Notes under the pieces: generated by a model
The model's database searches: none
Seen by the model: the letters and a program-made list of their open reading frames with translations, nothing else
Told to the model about the DNA's origin: nothing
Shown here: positions 10,209 to 18,648 of the stretch, in pieces
Layout of the letters: every line of letters starts with the position of its first letter
Numbering within the stretch: the stretch's first letter is position 1
Position numbers and translations under genes: made by a program
NCBI GenBank assembly: GCA_021815445.1
Contig: JAKAGM010000001.1
Location: 3,447 to 67,446 of the forward strand
Length of the DNA: 64,000 nucleotides
Direction: 5' to 3'
DNA from: a bacterium
GTDB lineage: Bacteria; Patescibacteriota; Patescibacteriia; UBA10025

Positions 10209-10808
10209 ATGACTTTCAACCAGCGCGACATAGAATTTCTCTACGAAATCGGCTCCCTGCGCAATGTGCAGAGGGGCTGGCGCCAGCATTTGGCAAAAGA
10301 CTGCGCCAACGACCTCGAGCATACGTACCGCGTCATATGGATAGCCCTCATGCTCGCGAGGAAAGAAGGGGTGACGGACGAGAACAAAGTTATTAAGATG
10401 GCGCTGGTGCATGACCTGGCCGAGGCGCGGACCTCTGACTTGAGCTATGTGCAGAAAGTGTACGTGAAAGCCGACGAAGACAAGGCGGCGCACGACACGT
10501 TCGACGGGACGAGCGTAAATGATTTTTACTCCGAGATACTGAGTGAGTTTGAAAAACGAGACTCATTAGAAGCAAAAATAGTCAAAGATGCCGACAATCT
10601 TGATGCGCAGATTGAGCTGAAAGAGCTTGAGGAAACCGGCTCGAAGATTGCCACGAAATGGATGGCCACTTTTCGCAAACTAGTCAGAAAGGAAAAACTC
10701 TACACCCGGGCGGCCAAAGACCTCTGGGATGCTCTCGACGAAGCTGATGTCGCTGACTGGCACATGAAGGCCAATAAATGGCTCAAGATCCCCGGCGCTG
10801 GCAAGTAA
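10209..10808 (+). CDS. HD-domain phosphohydrolase (YfbR-like 5'-deoxynucleotidase family)
   Basis: LEHTYRV...ALVHDLAEARTSD, an H...HD...D metal-ligand pattern. Confidence 0.7.
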   Translation: MTFNQRDIEFLYEIGSLRNVQRGWRQHLAKDCANDLEHTYRVIWIALMLARKEGVTDENKVIKMALVHDLAEARTSDLSYVQKVYVKADEDKAAHDTFDGTSVNDFYSEILSEFEKRDSLEAKIVKDADNLDAQIELKELEETGSKIATKWMATFRKLVRKEKLYTRAAKDLWDALDEADVADWHMKANKWLKIPGAGK

Positions 10809-10818
10809 GAGGCAAGTT

Positions 10819-11250
10819 ATGACAGTTGTCGATAAAAAGAAACGCGTTCTCGATTTCATCAAACGCCAACATGTAGCCGTGTTGGCGACGGTTGACGGCG
10901 TGCGGCGCGTACCCGAGTGCGCTGTCGTTGAATTCTCAGAGACGGATAACCTTGAGATTATTTTTGACACATTTTCCTCGTACCGCAAGTACGGAAATTT
11001 GCAGACGAACCAGCGCGTTGCGCTCGTGATCGGCTGCGAGGACGACGTCACTGTCCAGTACGAGGGCGTCGCCCGCGAGGTGACCGGTGACGAACTGAAA
11101 CGGTGCCAGAAAATTCATACGGCCAAGCTTCCCGGTGCGAAAAAGTTCACGACGATGGAAGACATCAGATTTTTTCGTATTACCCCGGTGTGGATCCGCT
11201 ACGTGAATGTGTCGCTCGATCCGTGGGAAGTCTTCGAGCTTTCATTATGA
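10819..11250 (+). CDS. pyridoxamine 5'-phosphate oxidase-like FMN-binding split-barrel protein
   Basis: A 143-aa protein whose VLDFIKRQHVAVLATVDG N-terminus is typical of the PNPOx-like family. Its stop overlaps the next start (ATGA). Confidence 0.65.
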   Translation: MTVVDKKKRVLDFIKRQHVAVLATVDGVRRVPECAVVEFSETDNLEIIFDTFSSYRKYGNLQTNQRVALVIGCEDDVTVQYEGVAREVTGDELKRCQKIHTAKLPGAKKFTTMEDIRFFRITPVWIRYVNVSLDPWEVFELSL

Positions 11251-11822
11251 AGAGTACTCCCAAAAAGAAGTTTAAAGTCCTGAATCGCGGACTGACCATT
11301 GCCTATATCGGAAACGGGAAAGGGAAGACAACCGCGGCTGTCGGCGCGGCAGTCAGAGCGCGCGGCTGCGGGATGCGAGTGCTTTTTTTGCAGTTCTATA
11401 AAAGTCCCGAATGGCCCTCGGGAGAACGGCAGGCTCTCGTGAAGCTGGGCGTCAAGGTTCACGTTGTCGGCGAGGGGTTTGTCGGCATCCTCGGAGACAG
11501 AAAAAAACTTGCCGTACACAAAAAGGCCGCGGAGCGGGCGCTGAGAGAGAGCCGTAGAGCCCTTGTTTCAGGCGCATACGACCTTATTATCCTCGACGAA
11601 GCTATTTCGTGCCTCGAGCAGAAGCTGTTTACGCCTGCCCGGCTGGCGACACTCCTGAAGCTCAAACAAAAATCCACAAAAGCATCTCATGTCCACTTGA
11701 TTTTGACCGGCCACAAAAGATTTCCGCAGATACTCAAGCTCTGCGACCTGGTCACTGAGATGAAGATGGTGAAGCACCCATATTACCAAGGGTTTTTGGC
11801 GGTAAGGGGAGTGGATTATTAA
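11247..11822 (+). CDS. cobA: ATP:cob(I)alamin adenosyltransferase (CobA/BtuR type)
   Basis: P-loop GNGKGKTTAAVGAAVRA, plus LDE and VTEMKMVKHPY motifs. The start is refined to the ATG at 11247 (ATGA overlap with the previous stop). Confidence 0.85.
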   Translation: MKSTPKKKFKVLNRGLTIAYIGNGKGKTTAAVGAAVRARGCGMRVLFLQFYKSPEWPSGERQALVKLGVKVHVVGEGFVGILGDRKKLAVHKKAAERALRESRRALVSGAYDLIILDEAISCLEQKLFTPARLATLLKLKQKSTKASHVHLILTGHKRFPQILKLCDLVTEMKMVKHPYYQGFLAVRGVDY

Positions 11823-11954
11823 CCACAAAGTACTATGGACACCCCAACACCTCAGCCCACCCCACAATCCTCATCAAGCACAATGATGCGAGTCATTTTG
11901 GTAATCATTCTCATTATCGTCGGCGCGGGCGCTTACTTCTGGTGGCAGAAAGGG
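11815..11954 (+). repeat. 140-bp direct repeat, copy 1 (leader plus first 40 codons)
   Basis: Read base by base, it is identical to 13371..13510. It begins in the last 8 nt of cobA. Confidence 0.95.
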
Positions 11955-13304
11955 CAAGCAAATACGAACAGTGCGAACCTCGTCCTCAATGCCATGAACC
12001 AGAGTACCAATGCGCCCTCCAACATCAATTCGGTTGCCAACGCGAACACCACCTTGAATACCAATATCGCCGTAAATGCCAATACTCCCGCTAATCTCAA
12101 CACGGCAGTAAACACCAATACTGCGGTAAACTCAAATACCAATACCGCAGTGGATACGAGCGGGTGGCTGGCCGAGACGGCGCGATGCAGTCATGAGCCC
12201 GTATCTCAGCAAAAGGAAAGTATCTTAACTGATAACTCTGACTGGCAAGTCATACGGGTATACAGGGGTGAGCTAAAATTCTCGTACGAAGTACCTTCTA
12301 GTGCAACTTTTAATACCGGTCTGGACAGATATACGAAAACTGGGTCAGAAGAGAGGGAAGTAATATCCGAAGTAAATCTAGAAGGTATGGCTATTGATGT
12401 TAGATGGTATAAAAACAACTCTTCGTTTGAGCTGTGGACTAGGGATCATGAGAATGAGATTTATACTTCCTATATTGCCAGCTCACGTGGCGCGGCAATA
12501 TCGGAACCAGAGCAGATAGTTGTTGATGGACGCAAAACAAAAACATATGAAGTTACGAGTCCTTTTGGGTTTAAGGTAATGCTGGTTTTTGTTGAGGATG
12601 GGGATAAAATATATCAAATAGAGGTTCGGGGGCCAGCGGAGAATATGGAAAACTTCAAAGGGGATATCAATAAAGTATTAATGAGTTTTCACTTTGAAAT
12701 CCCTGATCCAGGTGAATTGATATTTACCTATCGCGAAATTGATCTGTCCTTCAGGTATCCTTCATCCGTCGGCACTCCTCAGCTTGCATGGGGTACCCCA
12801 GTGAATAATAAAAATTGGGAGAAAGCTATGATTGAAGTAGGTCAGAAAGGCCAAAGTGCTTTTTCAATAACACGGGAAGCGGATTATTATAGCTCACATG
12901 AAAATGAGTGGCTGTATACTTTTTACGGGAAAGCGGTCGATGCTAAGCAGCCTCTTTCAGATTTAATCCTTTTTATAAGTAGAGATTTCAAAAATATTCT
13001 CGGTATTTCAAATAAATGTGGTTTCGTTGAGATAGTTGAACTAGACCAATATAATACTCAAACAGCGTTAATTTATCGAGCATTTGTTCCTCATCCTGAT
13101 TATAAGGTTGTATTAGCAACTTTCGTGATAAGTACATCTTTTCCTAATCTTGAAAATAGTAATATTGATCCTAATCTTGTGATAGCCAATGATATGCTCA
13201 ATGACATTAAAATGGGTACATTTCAACAAGATATTATTCAGAATTTAGACACATTTCGTGCGATCTTACCAACAATAAAAACTGCAACACCCCTACCCCG
13301 CTGA
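11835..13304 (+). CDS. TM-anchored surface protein with an Asn-rich linker and an AT-rich unique C-terminal domain
   Basis: The N-terminus MDTPTPQPTPQSSSSTMMRVILVIILIIVGAGAYFWWQKG is identical to that of 13391..14113, followed by an N-rich linker that ends in AVDTSGW. Confidence 0.7.
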   Translation: MDTPTPQPTPQSSSSTMMRVILVIILIIVGAGAYFWWQKGQANTNSANLVLNAMNQSTNAPSNINSVANANTTLNTNIAVNANTPANLNTAVNTNTAVNSNTNTAVDTSGWLAETARCSHEPVSQQKESILTDNSDWQVIRVYRGELKFSYEVPSSATFNTGLDRYTKTGSEEREVISEVNLEGMAIDVRWYKNNSSFELWTRDHENEIYTSYIASSRGAAISEPEQIVVDGRKTKTYEVTSPFGFKVMLVFVEDGDKIYQIEVRGPAENMENFKGDINKVLMSFHFEIPDPGELIFTYREIDLSFRYPSSVGTPQLAWGTPVNNKNWEKAMIEVGQKGQSAFSITREADYYSSHENEWLYTFYGKAVDAKQPLSDLILFISRDFKNILGISNKCGFVEIVELDQYNTQTALIYRAFVPHPDYKVVLATFVISTSFPNLENSNIDPNLVIANDMLNDIKMGTFQQDIIQNLDTFRAILPTIKTATPLPR

Positions 13305-13370
13305 CTTCGATGGCGACGGCCTTTCTTAATACTTGCTGCTAGGTTACAATGGATATGTAATCTGACAGTA

Positions 13371-13510
13371 ATTATTAACCACAAAGTACTATGGACACCC
13401 CAACACCTCAGCCCACCCCACAATCCTCATCAAGCACAATGATGCGAGTCATTTTGGTAATCATTCTCATTATCGTCGGCGCGGGCGCTTACTTCTGGTG
13501 GCAGAAAGGG
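13371..13510 (+). repeat. 140-bp direct repeat, copy 2
   Basis: Identical to 11815..11954. Confidence 0.95.
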
Positions 13511-14113
13511 GATACAAAAATAAACACCGCAAACATTGCCATTAATACTACCAATAGGAACACAAATACCGTCTCCAATGCCAATTCGGCTGTGAATACC
13601 AATGTTGCCTCAAATGTCAACACTGCCGCTAATCTCAACACAGCGGTGAATGTGAATGCGGGGGCAAACTTAAACACCAACGCGGCAGTGGATACGAGCG
13701 GGTGGAAGACGTATGAGAATAGCACGTATGGGTACAACATCAAATATCCAACAGACTGGAAGGTAGTTGAGGCCACGGGGATGCTTACAGAATTCTCGCC
13801 CACGAGCAAGGATTATACCGTCGAGGGCTCGATTGCCTACCCCGTGGGGATAACAGGCTATACAGGCGCTGCATCTGATTTCTTAAGTCAGGTGTCGTCA
13901 GATAAGAAGAGTTCAGTAACCATTAATAATCAGGCTGCCACAAAGGTCATAGGATATTCGAATTCAATCTCTTATGTCTTTTCTAATCAGGCGCGAGTGC
14001 AATATCTGGTAATTGGTCCAAATAGCGCGCTGTTAAATAACGTAGATGTTTCAGATCGATCAACAATAGAATCGATGTTTGAGGCAATGCTTCGGACGTT
14101 CACAATTCAATAG
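13391..14113 (+). CDS. TM-anchored surface protein sharing its N-terminal module with 11835..13304
   Basis: Same 40-aa N-terminus and an N-rich linker ending in AVDTSGW, followed by an unrelated C-terminal domain (YENSTYGYNIKYPTDWKV...). Confidence 0.7.
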   Translation: MDTPTPQPTPQSSSSTMMRVILVIILIIVGAGAYFWWQKGDTKINTANIAINTTNRNTNTVSNANSAVNTNVASNVNTAANLNTAVNVNAGANLNTNAAVDTSGWKTYENSTYGYNIKYPTDWKVVEATGMLTEFSPTSKDYTVEGSIAYPVGITGYTGAASDFLSQVSSDKKSSVTINNQAATKVIGYSNSISYVFSNQARVQYLVIGPNSALLNNVDVSDRSTIESMFEAMLRTFTIQ

Positions 14114-14197
14114 GAGGTAAGAATGCACTTTAACAACTGGTCTACCTGAAGGTCAGATAGAAACCACTATCCAACTCCCAAACTAAAGAGGTGTTAC

Positions 14198-16189
14198 ATG
14201 AGAACTGTAATGGTCGCTCTTGTTGCGCTGGTGCTGTCAGCTACCAGCGCTGTAGCAGTCGATCTAACGGAAACTGGATTTTACTACCCAACTGGCAGCC
14301 ACACATTAGGCAGCTATGCCGGATGGTTAGCAGTTCCGCCAGCTTACTTTGACGGCTACTACCATATCGGCAAAGATATTGACACCGGTGAAGTTGCGCC
14401 TGTGTACGCAATTTCGAATGGCATCGTGATCTACATCAGTTCTGGTGGATGGGGGACGAACAACAAGGGGGTGTTTGTGAGGCACACCCTTGTAGATGGG
14501 TCTCAGTTCGTTGCGCTTTACGGACACGTGAGAACAAGCAAGGTGGTGAATGACGCGGTACAAGCTGGTGTTCAATTTGCGACGATTGGGCCGTGGGATC
14601 CGACACATTTGCATTTTGGCATTCATCCTGGAGGGACTATACCCTCCGATCCATACGGTATGCTACCCTTGCCGGTGACATCGCCGTACAATGGCTGGCA
14701 GGATCCAATCGATTGGATTGCAACGCACAGTCCCGCTGGTGCTTACTCCTGCTCCTTCGTCTCCAAGTCTATCTCGCCTGCCGGTCCGTATGTTCCAGGG
14801 CAGACAGTTACCTGCCAGGTGAAGTTCAAGAACGAGGGTACGGCAACGTGGAGTAAGACAGGCGGCCAGTCGAATTACGTCGAATTGGGATCGTGCGACG
14901 GAAACGGAGGCATCGGCTACAGTTTCTTCAACTATCCCTGCACACTCCCCAATGACGGCCAAGTTCCATCATGGCTGAATTGCAAAGTGCCATGCACCTT
15001 CGTAGAATCCAATGTGCCGCATGGCAGTAATGCGACCTTCAACTTCACGGGTAAGATTAGGGACACGTTACCCAGTACATACAGCGTGTATTTCGGACCT
15101 GTCTGGAATAGCGCAATCATGTCTGGCTGGGTCGGGACGCATTACGCCGTCCAAGTCACCATCCCTGAGTCGTTCTCTACCATGACCCTTACCCCCATCG
15201 CAGGTGATTGGAACGGAGATGGAGTCTCCGAGGTCGGGGTCTATGCCGACGAGACGCAAACCTTCTATCTGGACACCAACAATGACGGGTATACGGAGTT
15301 GGAGCTTCATTACAGCTCAGCCGTAGACAAACCTTTGGCCGGCAACTGGGCTGGCGGCGGGTACTACGGCGTTGGTTTTTACCGTCCCGCCTATCGCACC
15401 TTCTGGCTGGATTATGACAACAACGGCCAGATGGACAATGGCATTGTGTTTGGTGACGGTGGAGACACGCCTTTGGCAGGTGACTGGCTTGGGAACGGCT
15501 ATTCCCGAATTGGCCTATACCGCCCTTCAACCAGGACATTCTGGCTGGACTACGACAACAACGGCACTGCAGACTTTAGCCGTGTCTTTGGAGATGCCAC
15601 GGACATTCCTATCACGGGAGACTGGGACTGTGACTTGGACTGGAACATCGGCGTTTACCGCCCGTCTACCAGGACGTTCTGGTTAGACTACAATAATGAC
15701 GGCTCGGCCGATTTCTCCCGAACCTTCGGAGACGCCGGTGATCTTCCCGTTGTCGGAGACTGGACCGGCAACTGCGGCACCAACATCGGCGTATTCCGCC
15801 CCTCCACCCAGGAATTCTGGCTCGATTACAACAACGACGGAACGGCTGACCGAGGGTTCCAGATCCAACGGATTATTCCCGGTTCGCCTAAGATCACGGC
15901 ACATGGAGAAGACAATACTCTGCCTCGGACATTCTCCCTGTCCCAGAATTACCCGAACCCGTTCAACCCGGGCACGACGATCAGGTACACCTTGCCGAGG
16001 AGTACCCACGTCGTTCTTTCCATCTACAATGTTCTGGGGCAGAAGCTGGAGACTCTGATTGATGAGCACCAGTTCGCCGGAGAGTATATCGCTTTCTGGG
16101 ACGGATCGCGCTTCGCATCGGGCATGTACTTCTACCGCCTCGTCACCGATCAGGCGGTGGAGACAAAAAAGATGATTCTTTTGAAGTAA
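14198..16189 (+). CDS. secreted M23 (LytM-type) peptidase-domain protein with tandem repeats and a T9SS C-terminal sorting domain
   Basis: Signal peptide MRTVMVALVALVLSATSAVA. M23 motifs HIGKD (HxxxD) and HLHFGIH (HxH). About five ~47-aa repeats (GDW.G.G...YRPSTRTFWLDY.N.G.AD). C-terminus QNYPNPFNPGTTIRYTLP...GMYFYRLV...ETKKMILLK. Confidence 0.8.
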   Translation: MRTVMVALVALVLSATSAVAVDLTETGFYYPTGSHTLGSYAGWLAVPPAYFDGYYHIGKDIDTGEVAPVYAISNGIVIYISSGGWGTNNKGVFVRHTLVDGSQFVALYGHVRTSKVVNDAVQAGVQFATIGPWDPTHLHFGIHPGGTIPSDPYGMLPLPVTSPYNGWQDPIDWIATHSPAGAYSCSFVSKSISPAGPYVPGQTVTCQVKFKNEGTATWSKTGGQSNYVELGSCDGNGGIGYSFFNYPCTLPNDGQVPSWLNCKVPCTFVESNVPHGSNATFNFTGKIRDTLPSTYSVYFGPVWNSAIMSGWVGTHYAVQVTIPESFSTMTLTPIAGDWNGDGVSEVGVYADETQTFYLDTNNDGYTELELHYSSAVDKPLAGNWAGGGYYGVGFYRPAYRTFWLDYDNNGQMDNGIVFGDGGDTPLAGDWLGNGYSRIGLYRPSTRTFWLDYDNNGTADFSRVFGDATDIPITGDWDCDLDWNIGVYRPSTRTFWLDYNNDGSADFSRTFGDAGDLPVVGDWTGNCGTNIGVFRPSTQEFWLDYNNDGTADRGFQIQRIIPGSPKITAHGEDNTLPRTFSLSQNYPNPFNPGTTIRYTLPRSTHVVLSIYNVLGQKLETLIDEHQFAGEYIAFWDGSRFASGMYFYRLVTDQAVETKKMILLK

Positions 16190-16224
16190 TTCCTTTGTGG
16201 GGGAAAGGATTAACTAGCCATCAA

Positions 16225-16258
16225 CCCTTGCGACAACGGTGCTGCAGGGGATTTTTTT
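16225..16258 (+). terminator. intrinsic terminator
   Basis: cccttgc...gcagggg stem (one mismatch) followed by a T7 run. Confidence 0.6.
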
Positions 16259-16339
16259 ATTTAACCTTCGCGATTCTGCGTTCTGTCTACCTCGGTTTGA
16301 GTTATGCACCATTGACTGGTTGAGCGAAACCCTGGTACA

Positions 16340-16525
16340 CTTCATCCACATTAACAACTCATAACAGGTAAGCCGGTGAGATTCCGGCACGGTCCCGCCA
16401 CGGTAATAAATAGTCCGACACCTTTTCGCCCCCTTACGTAGTAAGGAGCGGATAAAGCCAAATCATTCGAGCTTGAGCTCGAGTCCTTCGGGGAAAGGTC
16501 GGACGATACTTGCCTTAGTTTACAC
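16340..16525 (+). promoter_or_regulatory. cobalamin (B12) riboswitch aptamer
   Basis: aagccGGTGagATTCCggcaCGGTCCCGCCACgGTAA matches the conserved cobalamin-riboswitch core. gtccgac pairs with gtcggac, and a B12-box-like gtcggacgatacttGCC is present. The boundaries are approximate. Confidence 0.8.
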
Positions 16526-16535
16526 TGCAGCGCGG

Positions 16536-16561
16536 CCTTAGAAGGGAACTAAGGTTTTTTT
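16536..16561 (+). terminator. riboswitch expression-platform terminator
   Basis: ccttag-aagggaa-ctaagg hairpin followed by a T7 run. An upstream duplicate gccttag (16512-16518) can pair with ctaagg as an antiterminator. Confidence 0.7.
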
Positions 16562-16583
16562 AATTTAGTAACATCACTTTCAT

Positions 16584-17054
16584 ATGGATAAACCTCCAAT
16601 GGTAGTAGTCAAACAAAAAGCAAAAACGAATTATGCGGCACTCGGAATCATCGCCGTCGTGGCGGCCGGCGTATTATTTTTCGGGAATGCCTATAACAAA
16701 GGAGTAACCAATGACGCCCAGAAAGCGGGCGCAGGCGTTGTTGCCGGAGTAGAGTCAGTCCAGCAGGAAGCGACGCTCACCATCAACAACGGCAAAACCA
16801 CCCGCAGTATGGTCATGACCCTCAATCCGGGCGTCTCTGCGCTTGATCTCGTCATCCGGGCGGGAATGAGGGAAAACTTTACAGTCGAAACGAAGAAATA
16901 TGACTTCGGGACCATCGTCGAATCTATCGACGGCGTGCGCGGCGGCGACCAGAAGAAATACTGGCTGTACTATGTGAACGGCAAACAGGCGACAGTCGGC
17001 GCGGATGCGTACAAAGTGCAATCCGGGGATACCATAGACTTCAGATTCGAATAA
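16584..17054 (+). CDS. DUF4430 (transcobalamin beta-domain-like) putative extracellular cobalamin-binding protein
   Basis: TM anchor followed by ...DGVRGGDQKKYWLYYVNGKQATVGADAYKVQSGDTIDFRFE, typical of DUF4430. It is the first gene after the B12 riboswitch. Confidence 0.7.
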   Translation: MDKPPMVVVKQKAKTNYAALGIIAVVAAGVLFFGNAYNKGVTNDAQKAGAGVVAGVESVQQEATLTINNGKTTRSMVMTLNPGVSALDLVIRAGMRENFTVETKKYDFGTIVESIDGVRGGDQKKYWLYYVNGKQATVGADAYKVQSGDTIDFRFE

Positions 17055-17059
17055 TTTCC

Positions 17060-17584
17060 ATGAAAAAAAAGTACTCCATTGCCGTAGCTCTCGCATTGAT
17101 TCTGGTCGGGATGGCCGTCCGTCTCCTTCCGCATCCGGCCAATTTTACCCCCCTTGCCGCAATAGCGCTTTTTTCCGGCGTGTATCTTCCCCGCAGGTTT
17201 GCTCTCGTTGTGCCTCTCGCCGTGATGGTGGCTTCTGATGCGTTGATTGGCTTTCACAACCTCGTACTCTTTACCTGGGGATCCTTCGCGCTGATCGGAG
17301 TGATCGGCTGGTGGGTACAAAAGCATAAGCACGTCACTACGGTCATCGGCGGGGCGCTTGCCGGGTCTCTGCTCTTTTACCTCGTGACTAACTGGGCCGT
17401 GATGCAATTCGGGACTATGTACCCGCACACCATCTCGGGATTACTTGGCTCGTATGCTGCGGGGATACCTTTTTTCCGCAACATGCTTCTCGGAGACCTT
17501 TTTTACACGTCGACCTTTTTCGGGGCCTATGAATTGGCTGAGCGGCTGGGCGTGCGGATAGGAGCCCGCGCAGAAATTCGGTAA
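17060..17584 (+). CDS. small polytopic membrane protein, putative corrinoid transporter component (ECF-S-like)
   Basis: A 174-aa protein with about 5-6 TM segments and the motif RLLPHPANFTPLAAIALFSG. It starts 5 nt after the DUF4430 gene in the same riboswitch-controlled unit. The function is inferred from context only. Confidence 0.5.
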   Translation: MKKKYSIAVALALILVGMAVRLLPHPANFTPLAAIALFSGVYLPRRFALVVPLAVMVASDALIGFHNLVLFTWGSFALIGVIGWWVQKHKHVTTVIGGALAGSLLFYLVTNWAVMQFGTMYPHTISGLLGSYAAGIPFFRNMLLGDLFYTSTFFGAYELAERLGVRIGARAEIR

Positions 17585-17690
17585 CTCTAGGTCCCTTTCT
17601 AGGGTCCAAAACCCGGATTGAATTCCTGGCATAACTGTTGTTTTTCTTGAGAAATCTTGATATACTTGGGGGGTTCACACATATTGTCGT

Positions 17691-18620
17691 ATGGCTAATT
17701 ATCAAAACTATCGCAGGTACCGCAACCAAGGAGGGGACGGACGCCAGCGGGTGGGAAAGGCGGTACTTCTTTTGGCGGCCTTTCTTTTTATTTACCTGAT
17801 CGCGCGGGCAATCTTTGGCAGCGATAAAAACACCTCGATACTCAATACGCTGAATGAACCGCTTGCCAATGTCGGGTCTGCAAACACGGCAAATAACATA
17901 AATGGCATCGTCAATGGCGCTATCAACGGTAATAACAACAGCAATACCAACACAAACGTCAATGCAAGCCCTTCGGCTTCATCATCGACGTTTTCGGTTG
18001 CAAGCAATTGCGCCGCAGTAAAGTCGCGCGGGAGCGAAACGAAAAAAGCAGTAGCCCTCACCTTTAATGTCGGTACGATCAAAGAGGGAAGCATCGACGC
18101 TGTTTTGACCGGACTGAAAAACGGATCGGTGCCGGCGGCTTTCTTTGCGACAGGTGATGTCGCGTCGGGCAACGCGGCGCTTGTCAAGAAAATAGCCGAT
18201 GCGAATTTCCCGGTCTATAATTTCGGCAACAGCCTCGTGAAGTTTACCGACCTGCAAGAGGCGGGCATTACCGAACAGTTGACGAAAGCCGAAGCAAGCA
18301 TTTCAGCTGTTACCGGCGTGAGCACCAAACCGTTTTTCCGCCCCCCGTACAATGCCGTCGACGATACCGTGCTTGCCACTGTCAAGAAAGACGGGTACTG
18401 TCCCGTGGTCTCGACTTTTGATGCTCTCGACTGGAGCGCTGACAGCACGGCGGCTTCCTCGAAGGAGCGCGTGCTTTCAAAGGCCTCGAACGGGTCTATC
18501 ATCCTGATGCAAGCGTCGAACAGCATTACAGCCGAGATTCTTCCCGATGTGATCAGCGGCCTGAAGGCAAAAGGGTTTACTTTTGTAAGTCTTGATGCGC
18601 TTTTAGCGAGCTCATCATAA
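17691..18620 (+). CDS. polysaccharide deacetylase (CE4) family protein, TM-anchored
   Basis: TM anchor, N-rich linker, ALTFNVGT...FFRPPYNAVDD...ALDWS motifs. Confidence 0.75.
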   Translation: MANYQNYRRYRNQGGDGRQRVGKAVLLLAAFLFIYLIARAIFGSDKNTSILNTLNEPLANVGSANTANNINGIVNGAINGNNNSNTNTNVNASPSASSSTFSVASNCAAVKSRGSETKKAVALTFNVGTIKEGSIDAVLTGLKNGSVPAAFFATGDVASGNAALVKKIADANFPVYNFGNSLVKFTDLQEAGITEQLTKAEASISAVTGVSTKPFFRPPYNAVDDTVLATVKKDGYCPVVSTFDALDWSADSTAASSKERVLSKASNGSIILMQASNSITAEILPDVISGLKAKGFTFVSLDALLASSS

Positions 18621-18648
18621 TGTAACATAAGGAGGTCCTTTTGAGCCT

